Source: an uncultured Holophagaceae bacterium
GTDB taxonomy: Bacteria > Acidobacteriota > Holophagae > Holophagales > Holophagaceae
DNA length: 64,000 nucleotides
Direction of reading: 5' to 3'
Assembly: GCA_963722335.1 (NCBI GenBank)
Contig: CAVRKY010000004.1
Location: 185,590-249,589, forward strand
Part shown: in pieces, positions 8,362-18,500 of the stretch
How positions within the stretch are numbered: the first letter of the stretch is position 1
How the letters are laid out: each line of letters opens with the position of its first letter
Translations under genes and position numbers: made by a program
Notes under the pieces: model-generated
The model's input: the letters and a program-made list of their open reading frames with translations, nothing else
Databases searched by the model: none
Told to the model about the DNA's origin: nothing

Positions 8362-10396
8362 CTAGAAACGATACCGTGCCTCCAGGGTCACCGCGGGGGG
8401 CTGGGCCGGATAGCCGAACACCAGCGAAGCGTCGTTCTCGAAGTCCCGCACCCGGTTCAGCCACTGGTCAAGGCTGGTCCTGGGCTGCATCAGGTGCTCT
8501 CCGCGCAGGGTGAAGGTCAGGTTGTCCCGGGCGGACCAGGCCGCCGAGAGGCTCAGGTCGTTGAAGTGCTCCTTGAAGCTCTGGCTGGGATCCTCGGGGC
8601 TGGCCAGGGTCGAGTCGTACCGGGGCCCGACCCAGGACCAGCGCCCTTCCAGCCGGAACGCCCCCAGCACCCTGAAGGCGTGGGCGCCCAGGGTCTGGAA
8701 CGGGCTGCGGGCGATGGAGGCGGCGCTGCTCAGCTGCTCGCCCACGGGGGCCTGCAGGTCGCGGGTCTCCTGGTTGCGGTAGAAGCCGTCCACACCCCAG
8801 ACCTTGGTCTCGTAGCCGGCCTTGAATTCCGCCGACTGGGCGCGGACCTGCTGGCCGTTGCGGTAGATCCCGGAAAGGTACCCGCCCCAGGCGGGGATGG
8901 GGACGCCGCCATCGGCATCGTAGTAGACCAGGTCCTCGAACAGGGTGCGGGACAGGGTGACGCCGGCGGTCCAGGGCCCGGAGGCCCAGGTGAGGCCGGT
9001 CTGGGCCGTGCGGCTCTTCTCGTTGGCCAGCGCCTCGCCGCCGTAGTTGGCGTTGAAGAGGGACTGGTACAGCAGCGGGTTGCTGAAGCCGGTGCCGGCG
9101 TTGGCGAAGAACCGGAAGCCCTCCGGGAGGGTCACGTTCAGCCCCAGCTTGCCGGTGGTCTGGTTGGAGGCGGAATCGCTGGTGCCCGCCGAGAAGGTGG
9201 GCACCGTCACCCGGTCCCGCTCGGTGCGCAGGGACGCCACCAGCCGCACCCGGGTCACCACCTCCCGCTGCCCCTCCAGGTAGAGGGCCATGTGGCGCCC
9301 GGTGGCGGTGAGGGTATTCTCCCCGGACAGATCCGGAGTCCGGGCGTCATCTGCAGAGAGGTCCAGGCCCGCGGAGACGGACCCGGCGGCGGTGGGCTGC
9401 CAGGTGATATGCCCCACCGCCTGGTTGCGCCGGCTCCGGTAGGGGGTGGTGGGGAGGTTGGTGTTCACGTCCGGTTCCAGACGGTTCTCCAATACCTGGC
9501 CCAGGGTGAGTTCACTGGACAGGACCGGGGTGAGCTGGGAACGCAGGGTGCCGCTGAGGATCTGGGTGCGATTGAAGTCCTCCCGTGCGGGGTCGTACTG
9601 GTAGGACGAGCGGGTGCCGGTGCCGTAGTCCACGTACACGATCGGGATGGGCACCCCGGAAAAGGAATTGAAGTAGTTCACCGTCAGCAGATTGTCCTCG
9701 CCCAGCTGTTGCCCCAGGCCCAGGAAGGTGCCGACGCTGCGGGTACTGGTTGTACGGGTCCAGCACCTGATCCTCCCGCTGGGCCGAGACCCCCAGGCGC
9801 ACCCAGCCCTGGTCCCAGCCGTAGGCCGCGCCCAGGCGCCCGCCCAGGATCCCCTCGTTGCCCGCCGTGCCCCGGGCCTCGCCCGAGAAGCCCGCCGGGG
9901 CGGAGGCGGCGGAGTACAGGGCCACCGCCCCGCCCAGGGCGTCCGACCCGAACCGGGTGGAGCAGGGGCCCTGCTGGATTTCCACCCGGTCGATGCCCGC
10001 CAGGTCGATGGCGCTGGCGTTGACGCCCCCCAGCCCGGACACGTCCGTGAGCCGCAGGCCGTCCAGGGTGACCACCGTGTCCTGGGCCCGGGCGCCGCCC
10101 AGGAAGATGGTGGCGGCGGTGCCCACCCCGCCGGCGTTGAACACCTGGCCGGGCAGCTGGTCCTGGAGCAGTTCCGTGAGGTTCGTCGCCCCCCGCCGCT
10201 GGATGGTGTCCTGGTCGATCACCTGCACCGGGTTCGGGGTCTGGTCCAGGGCCACCGGCAGAGCCTCGGCGGTGACCGTGACGGTGGCCGAGGCCTCCGC
10301 TTCGGGGCGGGGCGCGCCTGAGTCCAGGGCCGCGTCAGCGGCGCCCAGGAGGCTGGCCCCCAGGGCCAGGAGGATGGTGATCCGGGTTTTGCCCAT
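8362..10396 (-). CDS. btuB: TonB-dependent cobalamin receptor (one +1 frameshift near 9742)
   Basis: Signal peptide, plug domain (TVTVTAE, IDRVEIQQGPCSTRFGSDALGGAV) and barrel ending ARYRF. Two ORFs join by deleting one C; lies downstream of the B12 riboswitch. Confidence 0.85.
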
Positions 10397-10483
10397 GTCA
10401 TGCTCCGCGCATGAAGCCGGCGGAGGAGGAGCGGCACCCGGGCAGGGGTCCCGCCCCGCCCCCACGGCGGGATTGGGAAATGC

Positions 10484-10678
10484 GGGACCGGTCTCCGGGC
10501 TTGCACGCGACAGGCACCTTGCCGTGCCCCCGGGCCCTTCCCGGGGCTGCGCCCCAGTGGGACCGGCTAGGTCTCCCGGCTCCAGAAACCATTCCGGCGG
10601 TTGCCGGAGAGGGGCCGGGGTGCATACCGTTGCGGGGCAGCGCAGGAATCACACCTGCTTCCCGAACATCCAGCACAC
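10484..10678 (-). ncRNA. Cobalamin (B12) riboswitch
   Basis: Minus strand reads GGGAAGCAGGTGTGATTCCTGCGCTGCCCCGCAACGGT ... CCACTGGG ... GGGAAGG ... AAGCCCGGAGACC, upstream of btuB. Ends approximate. Confidence 0.9.
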
Positions 10679-10833
10679 GATGTAGGGGTAAAGCATCCCA
10701 GAAGGCGCCGCCGAAGGCAAGGTCCGGTCGGGGCGGCGGAGGGTTCCCCGGCTGGGCCGGCACTTCTCCGCCCCGCAGGCGGCCTGGCAACCGCTTCTTT
10801 TACCCAACGGCCGATTTGCGCGACAATGGCGTC

Positions 10834-11268
10834 ATGGCCACCACACCCGCCCCCGTTTCCCTGGTCCGGCTCCAGGCCCTCCAGAAGGATTTCCAGCAGA
10901 TCGCCGCCATGGCCGGCTACCTGAACTCCGCGGTGGACTTCCCCCAGCTGCGCCTGTTCTTCACCCTGTTCGGGCGGATCCTGGTTCCGGACGAGGCGGC
11001 GGGCCTCGCCGTCATTCCACGCCTGCAGGCCTGGGCCGAGCGGGTGGGCAACCGTTTGCGCGAGGACAGTTCCTCCGCCGTGCTGCCGCCCCAGGCCAGC
11101 ATCCCCCAGCCCCAGCGCCTGCCCAGCGGCGAAGGGTATTTCGTGGTGGCCACCCTGACTTTCGGCACCAAGGTCACCGAGAACTCCTACCAGAGGGTGC
11201 GCATCGCCGTGCTGAACGCCTACCAGGCCGCCGTGGCCCTGCGGGACAAGGGGGAGTTCGGCGATTGA
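10834..11268 (+). CDS. Hypothetical protein (144 aa)
   Basis: MATTPAPVSLVRL... with host-like GC3 codon bias; no recognised motif. Confidence 0.7.
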   Translation: MATTPAPVSLVRLQALQKDFQQIAAMAGYLNSAVDFPQLRLFFTLFGRILVPDEAAGLAVIPRLQAWAERVGNRLREDSSSAVLPPQASIPQPQRLPSGEGYFVVATLTFGTKVTENSYQRVRIAVLNAYQAAVALRDKGEFGD

Positions 11269-11272
11269 ACCT

Positions 11273-11767
11273 TCAGTGGTGATGCCTGGGCCCGGCCAGG
11301 ACGCCATGCAAGTGCCCGGCCCTGGGCACCAGGGTCCAGTCCTGGACCCTGGCGGCGCCCTCCGGGTCCGCCGCCCGCAGGGTGAACCTCTGGCGGTGGT
11401 CCGCCTGGGTGGGGGAGGGGGTCCACTTCAGAAGGCTGCCATCCAGGACCGCCCCCTCGGGTGCCCGCACCAGGGTCAGGTTCACCTCCTCTCCGTCCGG
11501 ATCCTCGGCGTCGATACTGTAAAGGTATGGACGTCCCTCCCAGGCCTGGCGGGGCGCCACGGAAACGAACTGGGGCGGACGCTTGGCCACCTGGGCCGGC
11601 GCGATCTCCTTGACCAGCACCCGGGCCTTGCCGTCCTGGGGGGCCGTCACGGGAGCCGGCGGTTTTTCTCCCGGGACGGTCTCCCCTTCGGCGCCCCCGC
11701 AGCCCAAGGCCAGGGCGGTCAGGGCTGCATTCCCCGCCCAGCGTCCCAAACTTGATGGCCGGTCCAT
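11273..11767 (-). CDS. Putative lipoprotein with a putative Ig (He_PIG/cadherin-like) domain
   Basis: Lipobox-like ALALGC; YSIDAEDPDGE..L..APEGA..DG.L.WTP pattern. Confidence 0.65.
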   Translation of the reverse strand: MDRPSSLGRWAGNAALTALALGCGGAEGETVPGEKPPAPVTAPQDGKARVLVKEIAPAQVAKRPPQFVSVAPRQAWEGRPYLYSIDAEDPDGEEVNLTLVRAPEGAVLDGSLLKWTPSPTQADHRQRFTLRAADPEGAARVQDWTLVPRAGHLHGVLAGPRHHH

Positions 11768-11975
11768 GGCAAAACTCCAGAACAAAAATATTATAAATTT
11801 ATTTATTGTCATTCCAGATCAAGCAAGGCCATGCCTAGACTCAATTCAAAAATATAAGCTAAAATCAAAAGTCATCGAGTCTCTCGAAATTTAAATAATT
11901 GAAATATTAATATTTTTATCATCTTCACATAACCTACCGACCGAAAAAAGGGCCGGGGCAAAAGGTGAGAACTTC

Positions 11976-13679
11976 ATGAAGCCCTGTTGCCAAACCTCCC
12001 GTTTTGGTTTTGACTGGCTGCGGTGTCCGGATCCCTTGCAACCCTTTCTCGCCAGTGACTCTCCCGGGTCGTCCCTGCAGGCGCGGTGCCCGGTCTGCGC
12101 CACCCCCGCCGACCCGAGCCGGGACGGCGACTGGTGGTCCTGTCCCCGGTGCGCCTGCCGGTTCTCCGGACCTGGACATGCGGACGGCCAGGCCGCTCCG
12201 GCCCTGGACCCCGGGGAGCCTCCGCAGGCCGGCCTGAACCTGGCGGCCTACCTGGAGCAGAGGGGCTTGGCCCCCCGTCCGGGACGGGCCCTGACCCTGG
12301 GTCTGGCCCCGGCCGGCCTTGGGGCGCACCTGAGTTCCCGGGGCTGGGAAGTCCGGGAATCCCGTTGGACTCCGGCCCAGTTCGCGGCCGCGCCGGGGGA
12401 GGAGATCCGCGTTGGCAAGTATCAACTGCTGACCCTGGTCGGCTTCTTTGAGCAGCTGGCGGATCCCCTGGGGGCCCTGGGCAAGCTGCGGGACCTGGTG
12501 GCGGACGACGGACTGGTCTACCTGCGCCTGGCCGACCATGAAGTGGCCGGCTGCGCGCCTGCGGCGGCGGGGCCGGTCCTCCAGCACTGCCTGGGCAGCC
12601 TGCTGGAGCTGCTGGCCCAGGGGGGGGACCGGTTCGCCCTGGCCGGCACCCGGACCCGGGCGGGCCTGGGCGAGCGGGAACTGGTGCTGCGCCCCATCAA
12701 GGTCAACCTCGGGCCCGGGTGGGATCCCCGCCTGGAGGCCTTCGCCCGTTCCGGGTCGGCCGGCCCCGGATCCGGTCCCGCGCCCCGGGTGCCGGTGGTG
12801 GCCATCTACCGCCCGGGGGCCATCGGCGACGTGATCATGAGCCTGAACCTGATCCCGGCCTTGCGGGAGAAGTACCCGGGGCACCTGATCCACTACTACT
12901 GCCACCGCTGGATCGGCGCCCAGCTGGAAGCCCTCATGCAGATGGCCGGAGTCACCGCCTGGAGGGACATGGACCAGTTCCAGGCCCTCCCGGATGCGGC
13001 GGCCGCGTTCATCCTCCAGGGGTATCCCCTCGGAGAGGGGTTCCCCCGCCGGCCCATGGACCGGCACCTGATCCAGTATTTCGCCCGGGAGCTTGGCCTG
13101 GCGTGCGACGGGCTGCCTTCCCTGCGCCTGAGCCTGCCATTCCTTCCGGGGCTGGAGGGCCCCTACGCCACCCTGCACCCCACCGCCCGGTGGTCGGTCT
13201 ACAAGAACTGGCCCCTGGAGCGCTGGGAGGCGGTGCTGCGGGCCTGTCCGGACATTCCCGTCTACCAGCTGGGGGCCGCGGAGGACCTGCCCGTACGGGG
13301 CGCCCGGCAGGATCACCGGGGCGCCCCCCTGATGGTCGGCGCCGCACTCCTGGCCAATGCCCGGGTGCACCTGGGGGTGGATTCCTTCACCAACCACCTG
13401 AGCCACTACCACTGGAACGGACGCCAGGTCCCTTCCGTGATCCTCTGGGGCAGCAGCCAGCGCTCCGCCACCGGGTATCCCCACAACGTGAACCTGTGCC
13501 TGGACCTGCCCTGCCAGCCCTGCTTCCGGGAGGATGCCGCCATCTCCATGTTCCCCGACGGCCTGGGGCCCTGCGTCAACCCGCCCGGCCAGGACTACCT
13601 CGCACCCCTGCACGCCTGCATGCACGGCATCCCGGTGGAGCAGGTGGCGGCGGAACTGCGGCGGCTTTGGAGGAGCTAG
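11976..13679 (+). CDS. Glycosyltransferase family 9 protein with N-terminal Cys-rich and methyltransferase-like regions
   Basis: GAIGDVIM, KNWPLERW, HLGVDSFTNH and CQPC are GT9 (heptosyltransferase-like) motifs; N-terminal CPVC..CPRC and FEQLADP..L..DGLVYL. Confidence 0.75.
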   Translation: MKPCCQTSRFGFDWLRCPDPLQPFLASDSPGSSLQARCPVCATPADPSRDGDWWSCPRCACRFSGPGHADGQAAPALDPGEPPQAGLNLAAYLEQRGLAPRPGRALTLGLAPAGLGAHLSSRGWEVRESRWTPAQFAAAPGEEIRVGKYQLLTLVGFFEQLADPLGALGKLRDLVADDGLVYLRLADHEVAGCAPAAAGPVLQHCLGSLLELLAQGGDRFALAGTRTRAGLGERELVLRPIKVNLGPGWDPRLEAFARSGSAGPGSGPAPRVPVVAIYRPGAIGDVIMSLNLIPALREKYPGHLIHYYCHRWIGAQLEALMQMAGVTAWRDMDQFQALPDAAAAFILQGYPLGEGFPRRPMDRHLIQYFARELGLACDGLPSLRLSLPFLPGLEGPYATLHPTARWSVYKNWPLERWEAVLRACPDIPVYQLGAAEDLPVRGARQDHRGAPLMVGAALLANARVHLGVDSFTNHLSHYHWNGRQVPSVILWGSSQRSATGYPHNVNLCLDLPCQPCFREDAAISMFPDGLGPCVNPPGQDYLAPLHACMHGIPVEQVAAELRRLWRS

Positions 13680-14254
13680 ATTCCGGCCAGGAAGGCCATG
13701 CAGGCCCGGCTGCGGTGGCTGAGGCGGGCTTTCACTTCCGCCGACAGTTCCCCGAACGTGCTCTCCAGGGCCTCGGGGATGAAGATGGGATCGAACCCGA
13801 ACCCTTCGCTGCCCCTGGGTTCCGGGGCCAGCGAGCCGTCCACGCTGCCGGTGAACAGGCGCGGGGCGCCGGCCATGGGCGCCCAGGCCAGCACGCACAC
13901 GAACCGGGCGGTGCGCCGCTCGCCCACCGGGATCATGGCCAACAGCCGGCGGTTCTTGGCGTCCTGGTCCAGCCCCCGGGCGAACCGGGCGCTGAGCACC
14001 CCGGGGCCGCCCCACAGGGCGTCCACGCACAGGCCCGAATCATCCGCCAGCACGCCGTCCACCGGAAAGGAGCCGTTGCGGATCCACCAGTCCCTGGCGA
14101 ACGTCGCCTTCTGCAAGGCGTTGTCCTGGAAAAAAGCGCCCTCTTCCGGAATCTCCGGGGCCTCGGGCGGCCAGGGCCAGATCCGCAGATCCCCCAGGAG
14201 ATGTTGGAACTCCCGGTGCTTCCCCGGGTTCCGGGTGGCCAGCAGGACGTCCAT
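13676..14254 (-). CDS. rdgB: Non-canonical purine NTP pyrophosphatase (RdgB/HAM1)
   Basis: LLATRNPGK, LADDSGL, GFGFDPIF, SHR motifs. Confidence 0.93.
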   Translation of the reverse strand: MDVLLATRNPGKHREFQHLLGDLRIWPWPPEAPEIPEEGAFFQDNALQKATFARDWWIRNGSFPVDGVLADDSGLCVDALWGGPGVLSARFARGLDQDAKNRRLLAMIPVGERRTARFVCVLAWAPMAGAPRLFTGSVDGSLAPEPRGSEGFGFDPIFIPEALESTFGELSAEVKARLSHRSRACMAFLAGI

Positions 14255-14401
14255 TCAGAAATGGGTGTAAGGATCCGGGTAGTACGGATCGGGGCTGTAG
14301 GGGTCCGAGGCCGGAAGCGGCGTTTCAGGCTGCCAGGGTTCGGGAACAGGATTGGAGTAGACCGGGTTCGCTACACCAGGCTGTTCGTTGTCGACCACCA
14401 T
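14255..14401 (-). CDS. Small Pro-rich peptide (48 aa) with three DPY repeats
   Basis: GGAG RBS 6 nt before ATG. MVVDNEQPGVANPVYSNPVPEPWQPETPLPASDPYSPDPYYPDPYTHF; the TGA directly abuts the rdgB ATG. Confidence 0.55.
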   Translation of the reverse strand: MVVDNEQPGVANPVYSNPVPEPWQPETPLPASDPYSPDPYYPDPYTHF

Positions 14402-14501
14402 CGCAAGCTCCGAAAGTCCGGTTCAGGATCATTGACCCAACGACGTTAGCACACACCGTCCGCTCGAACAGGGCCAATTCTGTCCTGGGTGGATTTTTTG
14501 A

Positions 14502-15572
14502 TCATTCCAGCAATTGCCCGCAGGCCCCCTGGACATCCCGGCCCCGGCTCTTGCGCACGGTCACGAAGCAGCCCCGGGCCTTGAGGCGGTCCAGGAAGGC
14601 CTGCAGCCGGGTCTCCGGCGGCTCCCGGAAGGGTGCCGCCGGATGTTCGTTCATTCGGATGAGGTTGATGTTGTGCCCGCGGGCCAGGTCTCCGAGCCAG
14701 TCCGCGAGCCGGTCCGCGTCCGCGGGGGTGTCGTTCTCCCCGGCCATGAGGACGTATTCCACCAGGAGCTTCTCGCCGGGGTCCAGGGTCCACCGGTCCA
14801 GGGCCTGGCGCAGCCGGGCCAGGTTCCAGGCGCGGTTCACCGGCATGAGCCGGCTGCGGGCTTCGTCCGTCGTGGCATTGAGGCTCAGGGCCAGCCAGGG
14901 CCGGGGGCGCATGCCCGCCAGGCGCTCGATGGCCGGCGCCAGCCCGGAGGTGGAGACGGTGATGCGCCGGGTGGAGATGTTGAGCCCGGCCGGGTGGTTG
15001 AGGATGCGGATGGCCCGGTGGACATGGTCCAGGTTGTGCAGGGGTTCGCCCATGCCCATGAACACCAGGGTCGCCGAATGGGAGCGGTCCGGCCCCAGGG
15101 CCCGGATCAGGGCGATCACCTGGGCGACGATCTCGCCGGCGGAGAGGTTGCGCCGGATGCCCATGGCGCCGGTGGCGCAGAACGTGCAACCCATGGCGCA
15201 CCCCACCTGGCTGCTGAGGCACAGGGTCACCCGGGGGCTGCGCACGGCCCGGGGCATGTGCACCGCCTCGATGCGCTCGCCGTCGTCCAGGCCCAGGACC
15301 ACCTTGGTGGACCCGTCGCCGGAGGGATGGGCCTCCAGCATCCGGGGCAGGGCGGCGGCGCCGTTGCCCTGGAGCCAGGCCCGGGCCGCCTTGCCCAGGG
15401 CCGGCGCGGCGTCCTGCCAGGTCCAGGGGCGCTGGAGCCGGGAAAACAGCCATTCCGGACGGCCCGGCGCGCCCAGGCGCTCCAGGTCCTCCGGCAGCCA
15501 GCCGAAGGCGGACGGCAGCCCCGCCCCTTCCGGGGCGGCCCAGTCCCAGGGGTTCGCGGCGGGCTCCGACAT
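14502..15572 (-). CDS. rlmN: RlmN-family radical SAM RNA methyltransferase
   Basis: CLSSQVGCAMGCTFCATG, FMGMGEP, C-terminal GACGQL. Confidence 0.88.
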   Translation of the reverse strand: MSEPAANPWDWAAPEGAGLPSAFGWLPEDLERLGAPGRPEWLFSRLQRPWTWQDAAPALGKAARAWLQGNGAAALPRMLEAHPSGDGSTKVVLGLDDGERIEAVHMPRAVRSPRVTLCLSSQVGCAMGCTFCATGAMGIRRNLSAGEIVAQVIALIRALGPDRSHSATLVFMGMGEPLHNLDHVHRAIRILNHPAGLNISTRRITVSTSGLAPAIERLAGMRPRPWLALSLNATTDEARSRLMPVNRAWNLARLRQALDRWTLDPGEKLLVEYVLMAGENDTPADADRLADWLGDLARGHNINLIRMNEHPAAPFREPPETRLQAFLDRLKARGCFVTVRKSRGRDVQGACGQLLE

Positions 15573-15576
15573 GGAC

Positions 15577-18500
15577 TCAGTATACGACGGGAGCGTTCCC
15601 GGGTACGTGCATGGCCACGAACCGGCCCGGATTGGCGATGCCCTGGGCGCGCATCCAGCGCTCGGCGCCTTCCAGCTGCTCGAGGCCGGTGGGCCCCTCC
15701 ATCCGCCCCCGCCGGTGCCGGACCACCATGGCGTGGAGCATCATGTCGCAGGCCTGGAACGCCAGTTCGGACTGGTACAGCAGGGCTCCGGCCTGGTCCG
15801 GCCGGCCCTCCGCCAGCGCCAGCAGGGCCCGCAGGCGCAGGGCCAGGGCGGTCCCGTGGGGGGACCTTTCCCGCTCCAGGCGGAGGATGTCCCGGTCGGC
15901 GGCGCGCACCAGCGACCGCCGGCCGCGGGAGTCCGGAACGCCGCCCAGGACCAGGGCCAGGGTCGCCCGGGCCCGGAGTTCCAGGCAGGTGATGCGCACG
16001 CTCTGCACCTGCAGCATGCGGGAACGGCGCAGGCGCTGCCAATGGGCGGCCAGGAGGGTCCGGGCGCTTTCCGGCCGGCCCGCGTAGAGCAGCGCCTCCA
16101 CCTGGGCCACCAGGGCATGGTAGTGCTGGGTGTGGAAGCCGGAGGTGGACCATTCGCCGATGGCCTGCTGCGCCTCCCGCAGGGCCCGCTCCGGGTCGTC
16201 GTGGGCCAGGTGCACCTGGGGCGAGACGCCGGTGCGGAGGTTGGTGAGGGCCAGGAGGTCACCCTTGTCCTGGGCCGCCTGGAGCTGGGCGGACAGGCGG
16301 ATCTCCAGGTCCCGCAGGCTGCCCAGTTTCTGGCGCGCCAGCAGGGCATGGAACTGGGCCAGGTGCAGTTCGAAATCCAGCCCGGCGCAGTGGTCCTTGA
16401 GCAGGGTCTCGGCCTCCTCCAGCAGCTCCACCGCCGGCTTCCACCGCCCCTGCATGAGCGCCGCGGTCCCTGCGGCCACCAGGGCCCGGCCCCGGGGATT
16501 GGGGTGGCCCACCCGCTGGGCCAGGTCCAGGGCCAGGTCCTGGCAGCGCTGGGCGGCCCGGGCCCCGCGGTTGCCCCGGTTGGCCTGGTGGATGGTCTCC
16601 TGGGCCAGGGCCCGCACGATGCGGAACGGCTCCCCCGCCCGCAGGGCCAGGAGCAGGTGCCGGGCCTGGAAGGCGCCGCCCCGGGCCGGGTCCACCGGGC
16701 TGAGACCCATGGCCGCGGCCCAGCAGACGTCGATCCGGTCCAGGTCCGCCTGGGGGATCTGGTTTTCGGTGCGCGGCTGGAAACCGTGGCCCCGGAGGCG
16801 CAGGCGCAGCCGGGTGCCCAGCCGCATCAGCCGGGCCCGCCAGGACGGCAGGGCCAGCTTCATGCCCATGGGCTCGAGCACTGCCGCCAGGGCCTCCTTC
16901 CCGTGGTCGAAGTGGCCGCTGCGGAAGTATTCCTCCGAGGCCCGCCGCTGCAGGCGCAGGGAGTCGGAAGGCTGGGACAGGGGCAGGGCCTTGAGGTACA
17001 CCTGGGCGGCCTGGTGGCCCAGCCCGGCGCCCGCCAGGGCGTCGCCCCATTCCAGGAGAACTTCCAGGTACTCCCGCCCTTTGAGTTCCTTGAGGCGCAG
17101 GACCTCCCCGAAGAGCTCCGCGGCCCGGCCGAAAGCCAGGGCCGCCACCGCCTGGCGCGCCGCCTGGAGGGCGCACTGCCCGGCCCGTTCCCGCAGGCCG
17201 GCGGCCGCGTAGTGCAGGCTGAGGGTCCGGACATCGGGCCTGGGCAACTGTTCCATGGCTTCGGCCAAGGCCAGGTGGATGGCCCGCGCCCGGGATTCGG
17301 TGATGCCGCCCAGCAGGGCCTGGCGGATGCGGTCGTGGTGGGGCTCCAGCAGCAATCGCGGGGCGCCCTGGGAACGGATCAGGTGGGCGGCCCGCAGGGG
17401 GGTCAGCACCTCCGCCTCCCTCGAGGCCACTCCGGAAGCCCGCCGCAGCACCTCCCACTCCACCGGGTGCCCGGCCAGGGCCAGGGTTTCCAGGGCGGCC
17501 CGGGAAGCCTCGGGCAGGGCGGCGACCCGGTGCTGGAGGTAGGCGTCCAGGGTCCGTTCCCCGGGCCCCTGCAGCCCTCCGATTCCGGACCGGAGGCTGC
17601 GGCTCAGCTCCCCGATCAGGAACGGGCTGCCCCCGGCTTCCTGGGCCACCCAGGCGGCCTCGGCGCCGCCCCCTCCGGGCCGTCCGCTGCCCAGGAGGGC
17701 CCGGGCCAGGGCTTCGGACTCGGCCCGGGGGATGCGCTCCACGGGAATCTCCGTCACCTCCGTGCCTTCTTCGGCCAGGCGGCGCTGGAAGGTCCGGAAC
17801 GGCAGGGCGGCCTCGCCCTCGCCGGTGCGGTACGAGAGCACCACCAGCATGGCCGGCGGGTCGGGGACCCGCAGCAGGTTGGAAAGGAGGGCGGCGCTGT
17901 CCGGATCTCCCCACTGCAGGTCCTCCAGGATCAGCGCCAGGGGGTGCCGGGTGCCCATGCGCATGAGCAGTTCCCGCAGGGCGGCGAAGGCCCGGCGGCG
18001 CAGTTCCTGGGGATCCGGGGGAGGCGCCGCCAGGCCCGCCTGGGGGGCCCGGGCCGCCGCCGGCTTCAGCACCGGGAACAAGCGGGCCAGGCAAAGGATG
18101 TCCCGGGGCATGAGAATGGCGGCCTTGGGCTCCGGCAGCCGGTCCAGGTGTTCCGCCAGGTTCTCCATCAGGTTGTCCAGGGCCTGGTACGGTGCTGAGC
18201 CCTCCTCTCCGCACCGGCCGGCCAGGACCACCGTGCCCGGCTCTTCCCGTCCCAGCCGGCGGACGAAGCGCCGCAGCAGGTAGCTCTTGCCCATGCCTGC
18301 AGGCCCGTGGACGAACACCACCGCGGTGCGGCCCTTCAGGGCGGTCTCGAAGGCGCGGCCCAGGGCCCCCAGCTCGGCCTTGCGGCCGATGAGCAGGGAA
18401 CTGGTGCGCAGCCTGCGGGGCGGCGGCAGCCGGGGCGGGGCCGGCACCACCGCCGCGCCCAGCCGCTCGAGGATCCGGGCGCCGGCGGGACGGGCCGACC

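Noticed and set aside
11822-11837. Sigma-54 promoter (minus strand AGGCATGGCCTTGCT)
   Set aside because: GG-to-GC spacing is 9 nt rather than the required 10.
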